Part shown: piece by piece, positions 1 to 12,847 of the stretch
How positions within the stretch are numbered: position 1 is the stretch's first letter
How the letters are laid out: every line of letters begins with the position of its first letter
Assembly: GCA_002269645.1 (NCBI GenBank)
Contig: NIVC01001008.1
Location: 310,001-374,000 of the forward strand
DNA: 64,000 nt
Source: Macrostomum lignano
Lineage: Eukaryota
Direction of reading: 5' to 3'
Position numbers and translations under genes: made by a program
The notes under the pieces: model-generated
The model's database searches: none
Seen by the model: the letters and a program-made list of their open reading frames with translations, nothing else
Told to the model about the DNA's origin: nothing

Positions 1-819
1 AGGAGCCGAGTTGCGCTGCCTAGGGAGCATCTGGACAGCCATGGAGGACGAGCGAGAGCGAGAGCGGTCACGAGACGGCGTGCCAGTTGTCGCCTCTCCG
101 AAGGACTTCCTCACGATCAGTCCGGACTGGCCGGCGGTGGCGGCCGCCGTGCGCAGGACGTGCACAATGCGGCAGTTGCAGGCCAGGATGACGCAGAACG
201 GCAGGATGCAGTACAGTGCGGAGTCCAGCCAGGCCAGCGGTCCGGCCAGGTCCCGGTGCGGCTGGGCGATGCCGCACACCGGGCTGGTCTCGTTGGCGCC
301 CGGCCAGCGGTGCTCGTACAGGCGCAGCAGGAACAGCCAGTGGCAGTTGGCCAGCACGGAGGCGCCGGCCAGCAAGCAGATGACCAGGCGGGCGCGGCCA
401 ACTGACGCGGCTGCGTCCGGTGCTGGACGGTGCAAGGCGGCGCTGCTGCTGTGCACCATGCCGACGCGTTCTAGTGTGACGGCTACGATCAGCCAGACGC
501 TGAGCTGGCTGGCTGCGCTGAATAGGAACTGGGAGCCGGCGCAGGTGGCGCTGCTCACCAGGCCGATGTTGAAGCCGAGGGCGTGGCGCAGCCAGTCCTG
601 CAGGAGGCCGCTGCTCAGCGCCAGCTGATCGGCGAGTCCCAGCGCTAGCAGGTAGGCGAAGGTGCCGCAGCGGCCGCGCCAGAGGACCCACACAGCCAGC
701 AGGTTGCCAACGGTGCCAACCGTTAGCAGGCAGGGAGCGGCGGCCCATTCGAGCCATTTGTGAGCTCGAAACTCGGCGAACTGGTCGAATAGTTCGTGCT
801 CGTATGGTAAAAGAAACAT
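1..819 (-). CDS. Rhodopsin-class (class A) peptide GPCR, FMRFamide/srw-like; 3' part runs off the window
   Basis: Frame not in the ORF track because it has no stop in the window. ATG at 819 gives MFLLPYEHELFDQF...; TM1 GTVGNLL, TM2 LALGLAD, TM3 SVWLIVAVTLERV (DRY variant), TM5 LYCILPFCVILACN. Open for 273 codons to position 1; in-frame TGA upstream of the ATG. Confidence 0.9.
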   Translation of the reverse strand, partial: MFLLPYEHELFDQFAEFRAHKWLEWAAAPCLLTVGTVGNLLAVWVLWRGRCGTFAYLLALGLADQLALSSGLLQDWLRHALGFNIGLVSSATCAGSQFLFSAASQLSVWLIVAVTLERVGMVHSSSAALHRPAPDAAASVGRARLVICLLAGASVLANCHWLFLLRLYEHRWPGANETSPVCGIAQPHRDLAGPLAWLDSALYCILPFCVILACNCRIVHVLRTAAATAGQSGLIVRKSFGEATTGTPSRDRSRSRSSSMAVQMLPRQRNSAP

Positions 820-1244
820 TTCGGCTGCTGCTGAGTTGCGGGAGGGGAGACGGAGACTTCCTCATGAGGCAAATCGAAAAGCTGCCTTTGTAGGCAACGG
901 CCTGGCCAATAGGCGCTATGCTGCTCCCGATCCCAGTTCTGTCAGGTGGTTTAAGCCCAGCTTCATCTCTCGATAGGAGAAATTCTGAAACAAATTTTTA
1001 AATAGAGACTAATTGAACTTAGCAACCGCTTCCGGAGCAGATAAAACCCTATTACAGGAGATCAAAACGATAAATCAATGAATCATGAAAATCATCGAAA
1101 AATGTAATAAAAAACTGTGTATATAACCGAAGTAGAAGGACACTGGCTAACACTCGATTTTCCTAGAAATGACGTCATGGAGTCCGGTAAGGACCGCATG
1201 TTTGTCGGATCGCCAGTTCTCGAGAAATCGGATTTCGATAAAAA

Positions 1245-1330
1245 ACAATAATAATAATTGATTACACTTGCCCTAATGGGCAGATGTGCAAAGTGGTCGT
1301 CATACACACCCTCAAATATCCCAGCTATTG
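1245..1330 (-). mobile_element. 3' fragment of the CORE-like SINE family (internally deleted)
   Basis: ataataattgattacac...gggcagatgtgca...cacaccctcaa..cccagcta matches the tail and body of the copies at 2535 and 54180. Confidence 0.6.
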
Positions 1331-2534
1331 TTGGCTAATGCTGAGAGTTATGTGTCAAGTGCTACAACACTGCCAATAGGCTATCAACATAAACAGCTGA
1401 TTACTAAATACACAATATCGGAGCTAACATACTAAATGTATGCCAGTTTTAGTATTATTGGTTTCAAGCTAGAGTGGCTGCGCACGTAATAGAACCGCGC
1501 AGAATGACGAGCTGCATCATGCATGTTGGAAATTATTCATTATGTAACCGGAACTTAAGACATTTCATTATTAAGAGGCGCGTATCAAGACCTAACGGTT
1601 TCTTTGTTCAGCTTAGGCAACTTAAAAGACTAAACGCGCCAAGTAACTATAAGGGCGAGATACAAGAGCAATGTTGACAGTTTGTGTAGCAGTAAAATAG
1701 GCATATCAGTTATTTATAGTTTGATCAACCCATTCTATTGGAGCATGTCAGTAAAAGAGAACGCCCCGAGCGTTCGCAGAGTGTTCTCTAGATAGCAGCG
1801 AACTGCAGACTCGCAGCGGCAAGCGCAGGACTGCGGAATTCAATTATAGCTGCGGGGCATTCAGCAGCTCAGATTGCTAAAGCAGATTTGCGCCTAATTT
1901 CTGTCTCTGCAGAACGACTAATCCTTGGAGTCTCGCTCAGCGTCTCCCCTCTCCGGAGCGGACTGATGCTCCGCAGGACTCGCGTGCCCGCCCTGATGTT
2001 TGTAGAAAAGAGCCACTTAGATACTAGCGGCTCAGATGAGAAAGAGGCGACTCAAATGAGCGATTATAGAGCTGCATCGTTGTTTGTATTTTAATCAGCT
2101 GCTCAGTCGTTGTTAAAAAAACGAAAAAGCAAAAAAAAAAACTGCCTAACCAATCAAGTATTCGCGATTAGCACGCAAAAAACGTTTCTAATAACCGGAG
2201 TGGAACTCTGTTTCATTGTGACACTGGAAATCTTGCCGAGGATTTGACTATATGGATGAGCGAAAATATTTGAAATTAAATAGCTATCCTTTGTCAGGCG
2301 TGAAAGCGCCAGCATCTCTTGACTGAAATTACCGTAGCATAGAAAAAAGGGGAAAAGTACAAATAAATATTGTGCAGCAATGCTGGCTAAAAATCTATTT
2401 ACAGCAAAAGTGGTTTCTGGGCAGGTGATATTTCTTCTTAGTTGCAGAATTCGTTGAAAAATATATATTAAAGATATATATTATACAAAATATATTATAG
2501 ATAAGAAGATCCCTTAGGAGCCATCGCCAGCCTT

Positions 2535-2871
2535 TTATAATAATAATACTAATAATAATAATAGTAATTGATTACACCTTCCCCAAAGGGCAGATGTGCA
2601 ACCGACAGCTCAGCCACAGCTATCGCGCGGTGCATCTGAAGGCTGCGAACGGCTGATCAGTCCAAGGACTGGGGGGGGGGTCGTCACACACACCCTCAAT
2701 TACCCCAGCTAATGCTGGCACCCATTTTACAGCTGGGTGAACTGAAGCAATGCAGAGTCAAGTGTCTTGCTCAAGGATACAAATTGTTCCAAGTGAGTCG
2801 AGAATCGAGCCCCCGACCTTTCAGTTGTGAGTCCGACGCTCGAACCACTGGGATACAAACCCTCGGTAGAG
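2535..2871 (-). mobile_element. tRNA-derived SINE with CORE (MIR-like) domain and (TTA)n tail
   Basis: Minus-strand head with A/B-box-like cagtggttcgagcg...gggctcgattctc. Central cccattttacagctgggtgaactgaagcaatgcagagtcaagtgtcttgctcaagg resembles MIR core. (TAA)n tail at 2537-2570. Flanked by ~30-bp diverged direct repeats (2505-2534 and 2872-2904). A second copy lies at 54180. Confidence 0.8.
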
Positions 2872-3220
2872 GGAAGGATCCCTTGGGAGTCATCGCGTCA
2901 GCCTATACAACTGCACTGACTACTGTTCAGAGATAATATCGAGTGCCAACAGACTTGAATGAAATATTGCTTGCTACACAATTATCGATAAATCTTTGCA
3001 GCATCAATGATGTGCAGTAGTTTTGTATTGTTATTGCTAGCAGCGGCAACTGGGCTGCATGGGACAAGAATAGCAGAAAATTGATTAATTGCTATTTGGA
3101 AGCAGCAGATTTGGTCTTGCCCATAGACATACGTCGTAGACATAGAAAGGCAAGCAAGTTGATAAATTCTGATCTTTGCTGTTTGGAAATCGATGTTCAA
3201 AAATCCAATAACAGATTTGA

Positions 3221-3225
<5 letters not shown>

Positions 3226-3291
<66 letters not shown>
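3226..3291. repeat. (GA)n microsatellite
   Basis: About 33 perfect GA units. Confidence 0.99.
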
Positions 3292-3293
<2 letters not shown>

Positions 3294-3863
3294 CTATGAG
3301 AGAGGTTGCCGCTGGCATCCAGGTCTTTGTGCTGGTGTCTATGGCCGAATCAGCAACCTATGGACAAGACCAAATTTACTGCTGCAAAATAAAATTTTCA
3401 ACTTGGTTGGCAAAAGCAATACTTATAAAATGTATGCTAAACAGATAATAGACTCTCTTGTCCATAGACAATTGAGCCCGCGAACGCTTTAAAGCACTTT
3501 AAACCATGTACTTTAAGCCATGAACTGTAAGTATTTTAAGCCATACATATTATTACAAAAATCTGCTCTCTCTAACGGAAAGCATTCGAATTGGCTTTGA
3601 AGAAGTGACACTTTTGGAATTCGCAAAATACGTCATGCAGTTTTGCTTCCCAAAGGCGGCTTTACCATCCTAATTTCAACCTGGTCTTCGTGCTCCCCAA
3701 ATTCAATTAACTTAACAAGGAATTCATTGCTGAGAGAAATCTTTTTGCCCTCCGACAAATCGCCCAGACAGTCCTATATTTAAAGTGAAGCCTTAACGTA
3801 CTTCACAGAAAATTAACTAATTAGGGAAGATTTACTGGTCATGACTAAGAAAGACCTCCACTC

Positions 3864-4003
3864 TGCAGGTGATAATTATGCCTTGCAGGTGATGATTATG
3901 TCTTGCAGGTGATGATAATGTCTTGCAGGTGATGATTATGTCTTGCAGGTGATGATAATGTCTTGCAGATGATGATAATGTCTTGCAGGTGATGATTACG
4001 TCT
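3864..4003. repeat. 20-bp minisatellite (tgcaggtgatgattatgtct), ~7 copies
   Basis: Direct inspection. Confidence 0.95.
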
Positions 4004-4568
4004 AACGGGCGATGAAAAAATGTTTACCAGGGGAAGGTAATGTCAAAAAGGTGCGGATAACGACAAAGGTTGTGTGCAGTGTACAGTTGCGATAATAATG
4101 TCTAAATGCCTATAATTAAATTTCTTGTGTCTAAACTAAGCCTATACTAAGAAATGATTCATTAGGGTTTAGCGAAGACATTAATTTACATAATGTGTTA
4201 CTTAAATAGGTACTAGGTACTAATTACAAAATAGAAATTGCAGTTTTAGTTGTCCAGACCTCTAAATGGAGATTTTTTGACGTCATACTGCTGTAATTTA
4301 AAATAGATTTCAGCGGCTGCGAACTGTATACTGTACTACGCTTTCAACATGGATCCAAACACGTCATGTGCTTGTACGGGGAATGTACGCGCTCAGCTTA
4401 GAAAGCTGTTGTACACTGTTCTAAAAATAGAAGACATTCCAGCTGGGGTAAATCAGCACACAAGCGGTATATAAATAAATCTGTTTCCAAATCAAAATTG
4501 TCTTAACGCACAGCTGTCTCAGTTGCTCTCGGACACCTCGATCCCACTGTAAAAAGGGATTATCTTAA

Positions 4569-4808
4569 ATGCTACCAATTGGAAACAACCGTCAGTTACA
4601 TGGTGCTGCAGGAGTTCTCAATGACCCGACCCATTCTCTCGACGATTACAAGAGCGACAGATGCGTCAGCTGCTTAAAGAACCAGCGTGGCCAGGTGACT
4701 CTGCCTTGTGCTCATTTCCTGCTGTGTGGACCGTGCGGCCAGCAGGCTGTCGATTGTCCGAAGTGCGGCCATCGGATAGTCGGCCAAGTGAAAGTCTTCA
4801 TAGCCTAG
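4569..4808 (+). CDS. Small IAP-type C3HC4 RING protein (or isolated terminal exon)
   Basis: C-x2-C-x11-C-x-H-x3-C-x2-C-x6-C-x2-C spacing and IAP-like C-terminus IVGQVKVFIA*. TAA immediately precedes the ATG. TATA-like tatataaata near 4468. Confidence 0.7.
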   Translation: MLPIGNNRQLHGAAGVLNDPTHSLDDYKSDRCVSCLKNQRGQVTLPCAHFLLCGPCGQQAVDCPKCGHRIVGQVKVFIA

Positions 4809-6983
4809 TTGGCGGCTATTTTTGTATTGAATGAGGCATAGCATTTTTCAATGTAGCTCTTATAATGACGTATAGCGGACATCGCTCATATAACCACGCA
4901 GGCTACTTTGTAATACACCGTCTTAAAAAGTGCATACAAATTGTATTATCTTTAAATATAATAAAATCATCATTTACGATTCAATGAAAAATTCTTTTCT
5001 ACCTTTAAGATACGTTTCAATTTTATGAGGTTATTCATTTTTTAAATGTGTATAGAATTAATGTAACATGGCCGTAATGCACGTCAATTTATTTCCTATG
5101 GCTTGATAGGCTTTACCTACGTACATGTTTCCTAAATTACATGTCTATACATGTATAAGCGTACATGTATACGTACACTAGTTACATACATGCAGTACTA
5201 GTACATACGAGCGTACATATGTACAATACATGCAGAAAGTGCGATCGCATATCCAACGGTCTTCAGGTCTGCAGATAAAAATCTTAACTAGTGTCCATAA
5301 TGTATTAGACACAGTCATAAATATGTAAGATTTTTCTGAATTCTATTTACATGTACCATATGCGTACATTGTGACGTTGTCAATTTTAGTAGCCTCGCCA
5401 AGGGCCGTTTTTTTAACATACGGTACCAATCTATAATATTGTTAATTTAATGGTCCCGTATTCTCACGTCTGCTTAAAGTAGTGACCAAAGAATTTTAAA
5501 TAACTTGCGTACGTTTGTGAGCCTAAGTACAGTAGGCGATCGATAATTTCTGTTTTTCTCGCCGGCCAATAGAAAAGCCGCGCATAAATTATGTTAGCCT
5601 GAAATTAAGTTCTCCGCGCGCGCCCACCCCTAGCCCGCTCTTTATCAGTCCTGTCTGGGGGGGGGGGGTTCACAAACTCGAAATTTCACAACGTCGAAAT
5701 TTCATAACATCGAAAACTCGGGTTTGGGAAAATGTTTTTTACATTGTTATTTTTATGAGCTGTATCCTAGAAATAGCGAGAAACTAAAGATGTTGAAGGA
5801 TCAATAGCAACCACTTTCACAAGGTCGAAACTTCGACCTTGCGGAGTTGGTCGGTGTATTTTTGACTAACTATATAATATTATATAATTTCGTACATCAA
5901 GTATCAATGGAAATGGTTAAATAAGCTCGATAAGCTTTTAGGTAGCTAGAAATAGCTGTAATGCTAAATAGAAGCAGTAGCAAAAGGCGCTGCCCTGAAT
6001 AAAAAGAAATATCTACAGCATCAGGCAATTCAGCGTTCTGCGACGTTTCACAAAACTTAGCACAAAATTTTACATCGTTAAGAAGAGAATCTTTCACAAG
6101 CTCGAATATATCACAAGCTTACTTTCACGAAACGAAACATCAGTTACTTATTCTTAAATTCCGGATCCAAAATAGACCGTTAGTTTTAACGATAGTATAA
6201 GAGAATATATAAAAGCTTTAAAAACTTAACGTTAATATTTATTTGACGCAGTGATAAGTTTCTCTTCAAAAATCTGTTTTAAAAAGGTTTATCTTGATTT
6301 GTGGTGTTATATTAATTGAGAGCAGAAAATGACGCACGATTTTAAAAATACAAAATATTCGCTTATTGAAACTCTCACCGCCTCATAGATTACACCAGAT
6401 ACTCAACTTTATTAATTTGTGTCAAAATATTTGTATTACCTTTCCTTTACTTATATTTTTTACTCTGCATTGTTTTAAATTTGTTAAATTTCAATGAGAT
6501 TAGTGGATTAATGTGTTTAGTTAGAAGACAGGAAAATTATTTACAACAAATGTAACATATTATTATTGTGATTAATCACAAAAATTATATAGAATTAACT
6601 TAAGAAATTTCAGTAGCGTTTTATATATAATGAAAACACTACCATATTTGCTTTTTGATAGACAAAAATTCTGCTATAAAAATCATTGAAAAGTGAAACA
6701 ACATTATTAGTTAAATTGATGATATGATTTTTCAATAATTAACCAAAATAAAATATTTTGTGTCAACACTTAATTATTGTGGTAAATTTAAATTCAAATC
6801 TAAAAATAGTTAATGAATTTCATTAAAATGAACTCCAGCTTAAAGGCTTATTTTTTGCAAGTTGACATCTTTAACTTATTCAAACGCAATGTTATATTGG
6901 AAAGATTGTTTTTAATGGAATATATGACATAAATATTATTCCAAACTATCGCCATTGAAACTTCATGCCATTGTAAAGTAAAG

Positions 6984-9900
6984 ATGTCCGCACCAGCAGC
7001 CGCGCCTCCAGCAGGTCCTGCGGGAGGTACACCAGGTGGACCACCGTAAGTTACAACTTCAAGCTCATTTCGAGTATTTCATTTGCTAAATAAATATTTC
7101 ACGTGTGACCCTATTTGACCCCCATCTACAAATATAGAGCTGGCAATGCTGAGGAAGAGGGCGGAGCTCCGAAGCCGACCTACACTCAGAACCGGCGCCT
7201 CATGCAGACTCAGGCCCAAGTGGAGGAGGTCAGGCTTGGTTCTGAGCTTTCATAAACTTTTATTAGCAAATGGGAATCAATATGCAAATCTTAACATCGA
7301 TGAGTTGAAGCTGTTTTACATGCATTATTACATTATTGCACAATTTTCCCTCATTTCCAGGTTGTGGACATTATGCGAGTCAACGTTGACAAAGTACTCG
7401 AGCGCGACGCTAAGATCTCCAATCTGGATGATCGCGCTGGTGAGGACATTTTCTCAGGCTGTTTTTTGACTGCAGAATGTACATTGTACTTGTGTACTTT
7501 GATATTAATGTGCATTGCACTTGTGTGTATATTGGTGAATGTACATTGCATGCGTGTACGCTGATGAATGTACATTGCAAGTGTGTACATTGATGAATGT
7601 ACATTGGCTTCGCTGCTAATATTGATTTCTTACATTTATCGGAGCCAGGATTTTAGTTCGAGGTGTGGGGGGCGGCAGCACCGGGGGTGCCAGTATATTG
7701 ATCCCTAGGGCCTAGGCTACGCCCCTTAGGCTGATTGATTGATTGGTTTAATGTATTTGCAACTTGAATGCAGCTTGGATTGCCGCAAATCCTTAGACTT
7801 ACAATAATTGCTTTGCTTGTTCTTTGAATTCAAAGGTGCCAGGATTTTTTTAAAATTCATCAATTCACGATTATTAGTTTTTGAATCTGCATTGCCATTT
7901 CTTGCTTGGCTGCAGCAGTGAATTTATGAATATTGTATGCCAGTGCACTAAACTCTCATAAATATCCATCTGCTCAGACGCGCTGCAGGCCGGCGCCTCG
8001 CAGTTTGAGGCCAGCGCCGGCAAGCTGAAGAATAAATACTGGTGGAAGAACATGAAGGTATTATGCAGTTGCATCCCATATAGACTGTTAGATACAAATG
8101 GACCCTTGACCTTGCATGTTGTCAGTGAATGTAAATATGTCCTTTTTTATTACATTTCAAAGTTTTTTGTTTTTTACGTTGTTTTAATGATAAATGTTTG
8201 AATCGATTTTTGCTAGAAGACAGCTTAGGAATGCAGAAATCCCGAAATGAGCAGATTAGGAATGCAGAAATCCCAAATGAGCAGATTAGGAATGCAGAAA
8301 TCCCAAATGAGCAGATTAGGAATGCAGAAATCCCAAATGAGCAGATTAGAAATGCAGAAATCCCAAATGAGCAGATTAGAAATGCAGAAATCCCAAATGA
8401 GCAGATTAGTAATACAGAAATCCCAAGTGAGCAGATTAGGAATGCAGAAATCCCAAATGAGCAGATTAGAAATGCAGAAATCCCAAATGAGCAGATTAGT
8501 AATACAGAAATCCCAAGTGAGCAGATTAGGAATGCAGAAATCCCGAATGAGCAGATTAGAATGCAGAAATCCCGAATGAGCAGATTAGGAATGCAGAAAT
8601 CCCAAATGAGCAGATTAGAATGCAGAAATCCCAAATGAGCAGATTAGGAATGCAGAAATCTCAAATGAGCAGATTAGAAATGCAAAAATCCCAAGTGAGC
8701 AGATTAGGAATGCAGAAATCCCAAATGAGCAGCTCTAGAATACCGTGTCTCGTTAGGTTTGCCTTGCACTTTTAAATTAATTTTCATGTTGTACTTTTGC
8801 ACAGAAAAATATTGTCTGATTAATTCTTTTTCTACATTCAAAATCTTGATGTTGTAAAATTCTATTGCTTAATTACACATGTATTGGTGCTGTGGCTAAG
8901 TGTTGAATTTTCCTCATCAATCATCTTTCAGATGATGATCATCATGGGCGTGGTCGTCGTTCTAATCATAATCATCATAATCAGTGAGTTTTTTCTGGTT
9001 TGCTCACTCTGCCGCTTGCTTTTTGGACATTGATTTACGAGTATATTAGAAAGTTATAACTTGAAGCTGACTATCATCATCTTAGCTTGTTTGTGCCTTC
9101 AAATCGTGTCCGGTTGCTATACCACCTGGTTCCGGTTGCTATCCCACCTGGTTCCAGTGAGTCGATTTCCCATCTGGTTCCAGTTGCTATCCCACCTGGT
9201 TCCGGTTGCTACCCCATCCGGTTCCGGTTGCTACCACATCTGGTTCTGGTTGCTACCCCACCTGGTTCCGGTTGCTACCCCATCTGGTTCCGGTGTCTAC
9301 CCCATCTGGTTCCAGTTGCTACCCTACCTGGTTCCGGTTGCTACCCCATCTGGTTCCGGTTGCTATCCCATCTGGTTCTGGTTGCTACCCCACCTGGTTC
9401 CAGTGTCTACCCCATCTGGTTCCGGTGTCTACCCCATCTGGTTCCAGTTGCTACCCTACCTGGTTCCGGTTGCTACCCCATCTGGTTCCGGTTGCTATCC
9501 CATCTGGTTCTGGTTGCTACCCCACCTGGTTCCGGTTGCTACCCCATCTGGTTCCGGTTGCTATCCACCTGGTTCCGGTTGTTATCCCATCTGGTTCCGG
9601 TTGCTACCCCATCTGGTTCCGGTTGCTATCCCATCTGGTTCCGGTTGCTACCCCACCTGGTTCCGGTTGCTACCCCATCTGGTTCCGGTTGCTATCCACC
9701 TGGTTCCGGTTGTTATCCCATCTGGTTCCGGTTGCTATCCACCTGGTTCCGGTTGCTATCCATCTGGTTCCGGTTGCTATCCCATCTGGTTCCGGTTGCT
9801 ATCCACCTGGTTCCGGTTGCTATCCACCTGGTTCCGGTTGCTATATCACCTGGTTCCGGTTGCTATATCATCTGGTTTCAGTTGCTACCCCATCTACCAG

Positions 9901-10131
9901 ACATAAATCGGCCTTTGAATCTTTATAAGTTAAGACATTTAAATACACGTAGTTTTTTAATTAATACACTCTCATTTATTACTGACAGTCAGCCCCAGAT
10001 GTTTTATGACCTATTGTACCTGAATTGATCAACTGAATTGAGTATTGCATTTTTCTATTCGAACCACAACTGATCCCTTCGAACCATATAATCTCGTTCC
10101 TTCCTTACTTTCAGTCTCAGTTTCTACGTGA
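6984..10131 (+). CDS. VAMP: Synaptobrevin / VAMP1-3-like R-SNARE, 6 exons
   Basis: Exons 6984-7045, 7138-7228, 7361-7439, 7978-8057, 8932-8983, 10115(or 10121)-10131; all GT-AG and phase-compatible. Protein has [55 protein letters not shown], a hydrophobic tail anchor and ...ST*. Confidence 0.95.
8220..8732. repeat. 30-bp minisatellite in VAMP intron 4, ~17 copies
   Basis: Unit agcagattaggaatgcagaaatcccaaatg. Confidence 0.97.
9110..9895. repeat. ~19-22-bp minisatellite in VAMP intron 5
   Basis: Unit ggttccggttgctaccccatct; source of the spurious ORFs at 9061-10028. Confidence 0.97.
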
Positions 10132-11394
10132 AATTTAATCCCAGGGATTAATATAATTCTAGCCGAACCAGTCAAGGTGCCGTCCATCTATAAATGTTAT
10201 GCAATTTGTACTAATACTTTGAACAAAGCCGCTTTCCTGTGTGTGAACTGTGTGCCAGTAGCCACCAAAATGCTATTGATTTATAAGCAGCGCCTGTGTG
10301 CCGACGAACCCCTCACCAAGCTTTTTCAACCGCCAATAAATGAGCTGCAGTCTGTCAGTAGCACAGGTACTAGAATGACTAGATGGGCCACTCAGCACAT
10401 TTGCGTGTAAGCTACTTTCAGTTCAGTAGTAAGTTAGACAGAAGCATTTTAATGTATTTTAAAGTTATTGGCTCTTATTGGCTCCAGCTTAAACCCTCCA
10501 GCAGCGCCTTTCCACACTACCCCCGCCCCGCCCCAATTTTATTGCCTTTCTCGGAATTCCAGACTAAAGCTGCCATGTACATTTTAGTGGACTGGCCAAT
10601 GTACATTATTGCTGAACCAATTAGCAAGTTGTTTACCGCCTTCAAGCTTGGGCTTCTAAACTTTTCAAAGTCGTTTCAGCTGCCTTTATTTTATGAAATA
10701 GCTTATGTATTCTTCTTTGCTACTGAACTGAAAGTAGAAAGTTGTTTTACTAAGTAATATGTGCCTGAGTGGCCCACCTAGTCATTTTAGTATCTGTGAT
10801 CAGTAGTTAGATATCATTCCAGCAATCATAATTGGTGTAAACTGCGCGCTTTTAACACTCGGAAATGTTGAATTAACGATAAATTGTGCACTAATATTAG
10901 CTATGTGCAAAAATTATTGCTTAGACTGGTTCGAGTTCAATCGTTGCAATGCTTTAATTTCCAGTAAAATGTAAGTGTGTTCGCGTAGAGCAGCGGCTGG
11001 ACGCCACAGAGAAGTTCACGAAATTAGCATTCACTTTTCATTTTGTACTGTTTTTAAAATATTCACCTATTTAATTTATACTTTCCTCTGTCATGGGCAC
11101 AGTTTTGCACTTACACGTAGAATCCCCATTATTGTGTTGATTCCGTTTCCCTATTAAATCTACCTCAAGTGAAATTTTTTCTCACAGATTCAGTCAAAAA
11201 TAACTACGATAAATACTGATCGATCTTGATTTTTGTCTCAAATGTGTGGCCGCATGGGCTTTTAAGTAACCGGTACTATGTTTTCTTCAGTGTAGACCAC
11301 TATGGAACTAAAACAAACTTTAGGAACCCTAGAACGGACTTTATGGCATCATAAAGCAAACTTTTAGGGCACTAGCTAGCGAAAATCCATGCAG

Positions 11395-12590
11395 GACACC
11401 ATAACATGAACATTCAGGAGACCATAACTTGAACCTTTATGACACCATAACTTGAACCTTCAGGAAACCATAACTTGAACCTTTATGACACCATAACATG
11501 AACATTCAGGAGACCATAACTTGAACCTTTATGACACCATAACTTGAACCTTCAGGAAACCATAACTTGAACCTTTATGACACCATAACTTGAACCTTCA
11601 GGAAACCATAACTTGAACCTTTATGACACCATAACATGAACATTCAGGAGACCATAACTTGAACCTTTATGACACCATAACTTGAACCTTCAGGAAACCA
11701 TAACTTGAACCTTTATGACACCATAACTTGAACCTTTAGGACACCATAACTTGAACCTTTATGACACCATAACATGAACCTTCAGGACACCATAACTTGA
11801 ACCTTTATGACACCATAACTTGAACCTTCAGGAAACCATAACTTGAACCTTTATGACACCATAACTTGAACCTTCAGGACACCATAACTTGAACCTTCAG
11901 GAAACCATAACTTGAACCTTTAGGACACCATAACTTGAACCTTTAGGACACCATAACTTGAACATTCAGGAGACCATAACTTGAACCTTTAGGACACCAT
12001 AACTTGAACCTTCAGGATACAATAACTTGAACCTTCAGGAAACCATAACTTGAACCTTCAGGACACCATAACTTGAACCTTCAGGACAGCATAACTTGAA
12101 CCTTCAGGACACCATAACTTGAACCTTCAGGACAGCATAACTTGAACCTTCAGGACACCATAACTTGAACCTTCAGGACACCATAACTTGAACCTTCAGG
12201 AAACCATAACTTGAACCTTCAGGACACCATAACTTGAACCTTCAGGACAGCATAACTTGAACCTTCAGGACACCATAACTTGAACCTTCAGGACACCATA
12301 ACTTGAACCTTCAGGAAACCATAACTTGAACCTTCAGGACACCATAACTTGAACCTTCAGGACACCATAACTTGAACCTTCAGGACACCATAACTTGAAC
12401 CTTCAGGACACCATAACTTGAACCTTCAGGACACCATAACTTGAACCTTCAGGACACCATAACTTGAACCTTCAGGACACCATAACTTGAACCTTCAGGA
12501 CACCATAACTTGAACTTTTAGGACACCATAACTTGAACCTTCAGGACACCATAACTTGAACTTTTAGGACACCATAACTTGAACCTTGGG
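11395..12590. repeat. 23-bp minisatellite, ~51 copies
   Basis: Unit gacaccataacttgaaccttcag; variant-rich on the left, homogeneous on the right. Confidence 0.98.
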
Positions 12591-12847
12591 GACATCATTA
12601 AACGAAAATTTAGGATATCATAATAGCCATGTAATTCTTCCCTTAATATGCGTCGCTATGCTATGGGATACAGTTGTACTAGATGTAATATACATAGTTG
12701 TAGGAGGTATATAGAAATTTAATCAGAAACCGCAGTATTTATTAGTCCCTGAAATTTAATAAACTAGTTGCATGCAATGCTAGTTAAATTTTCTTCATCA
12801 GCAAAACAGTGTATGTCTATTCTCCATTTCCTCTTTTCCTTATTAAA

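Noticed and set aside
68-865. ORF-track 265-aa minus ORF and the + ORFs at 11-628 and 160-405
   Set aside because: Shadow frames of the GPCR, which lies in a different minus frame (ATG 819).
4547-4557. CACTGTAAAAA as a CACTA TIR capturing the RING ORF
   Set aside because: No matching inverted end or TSD found.
5100-5360. TACATGTA/GTAC palindrome cluster, and the hairpin at 5820-5841
   Set aside because: Low-complexity alternating purine-pyrimidine islands recur elsewhere (7480, 15960) with no supported function.
7640-7726. MITE remnant (ggagccaggatt...ggctacgcccct) in VAMP intron 3
   Set aside because: Only partial end motifs and no TSD; too weak to call.
9061-10028. Long PSGSGCYP-repeat ORFs
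   Set aside because: Translation of an intronic minisatellite, open in all three frames.
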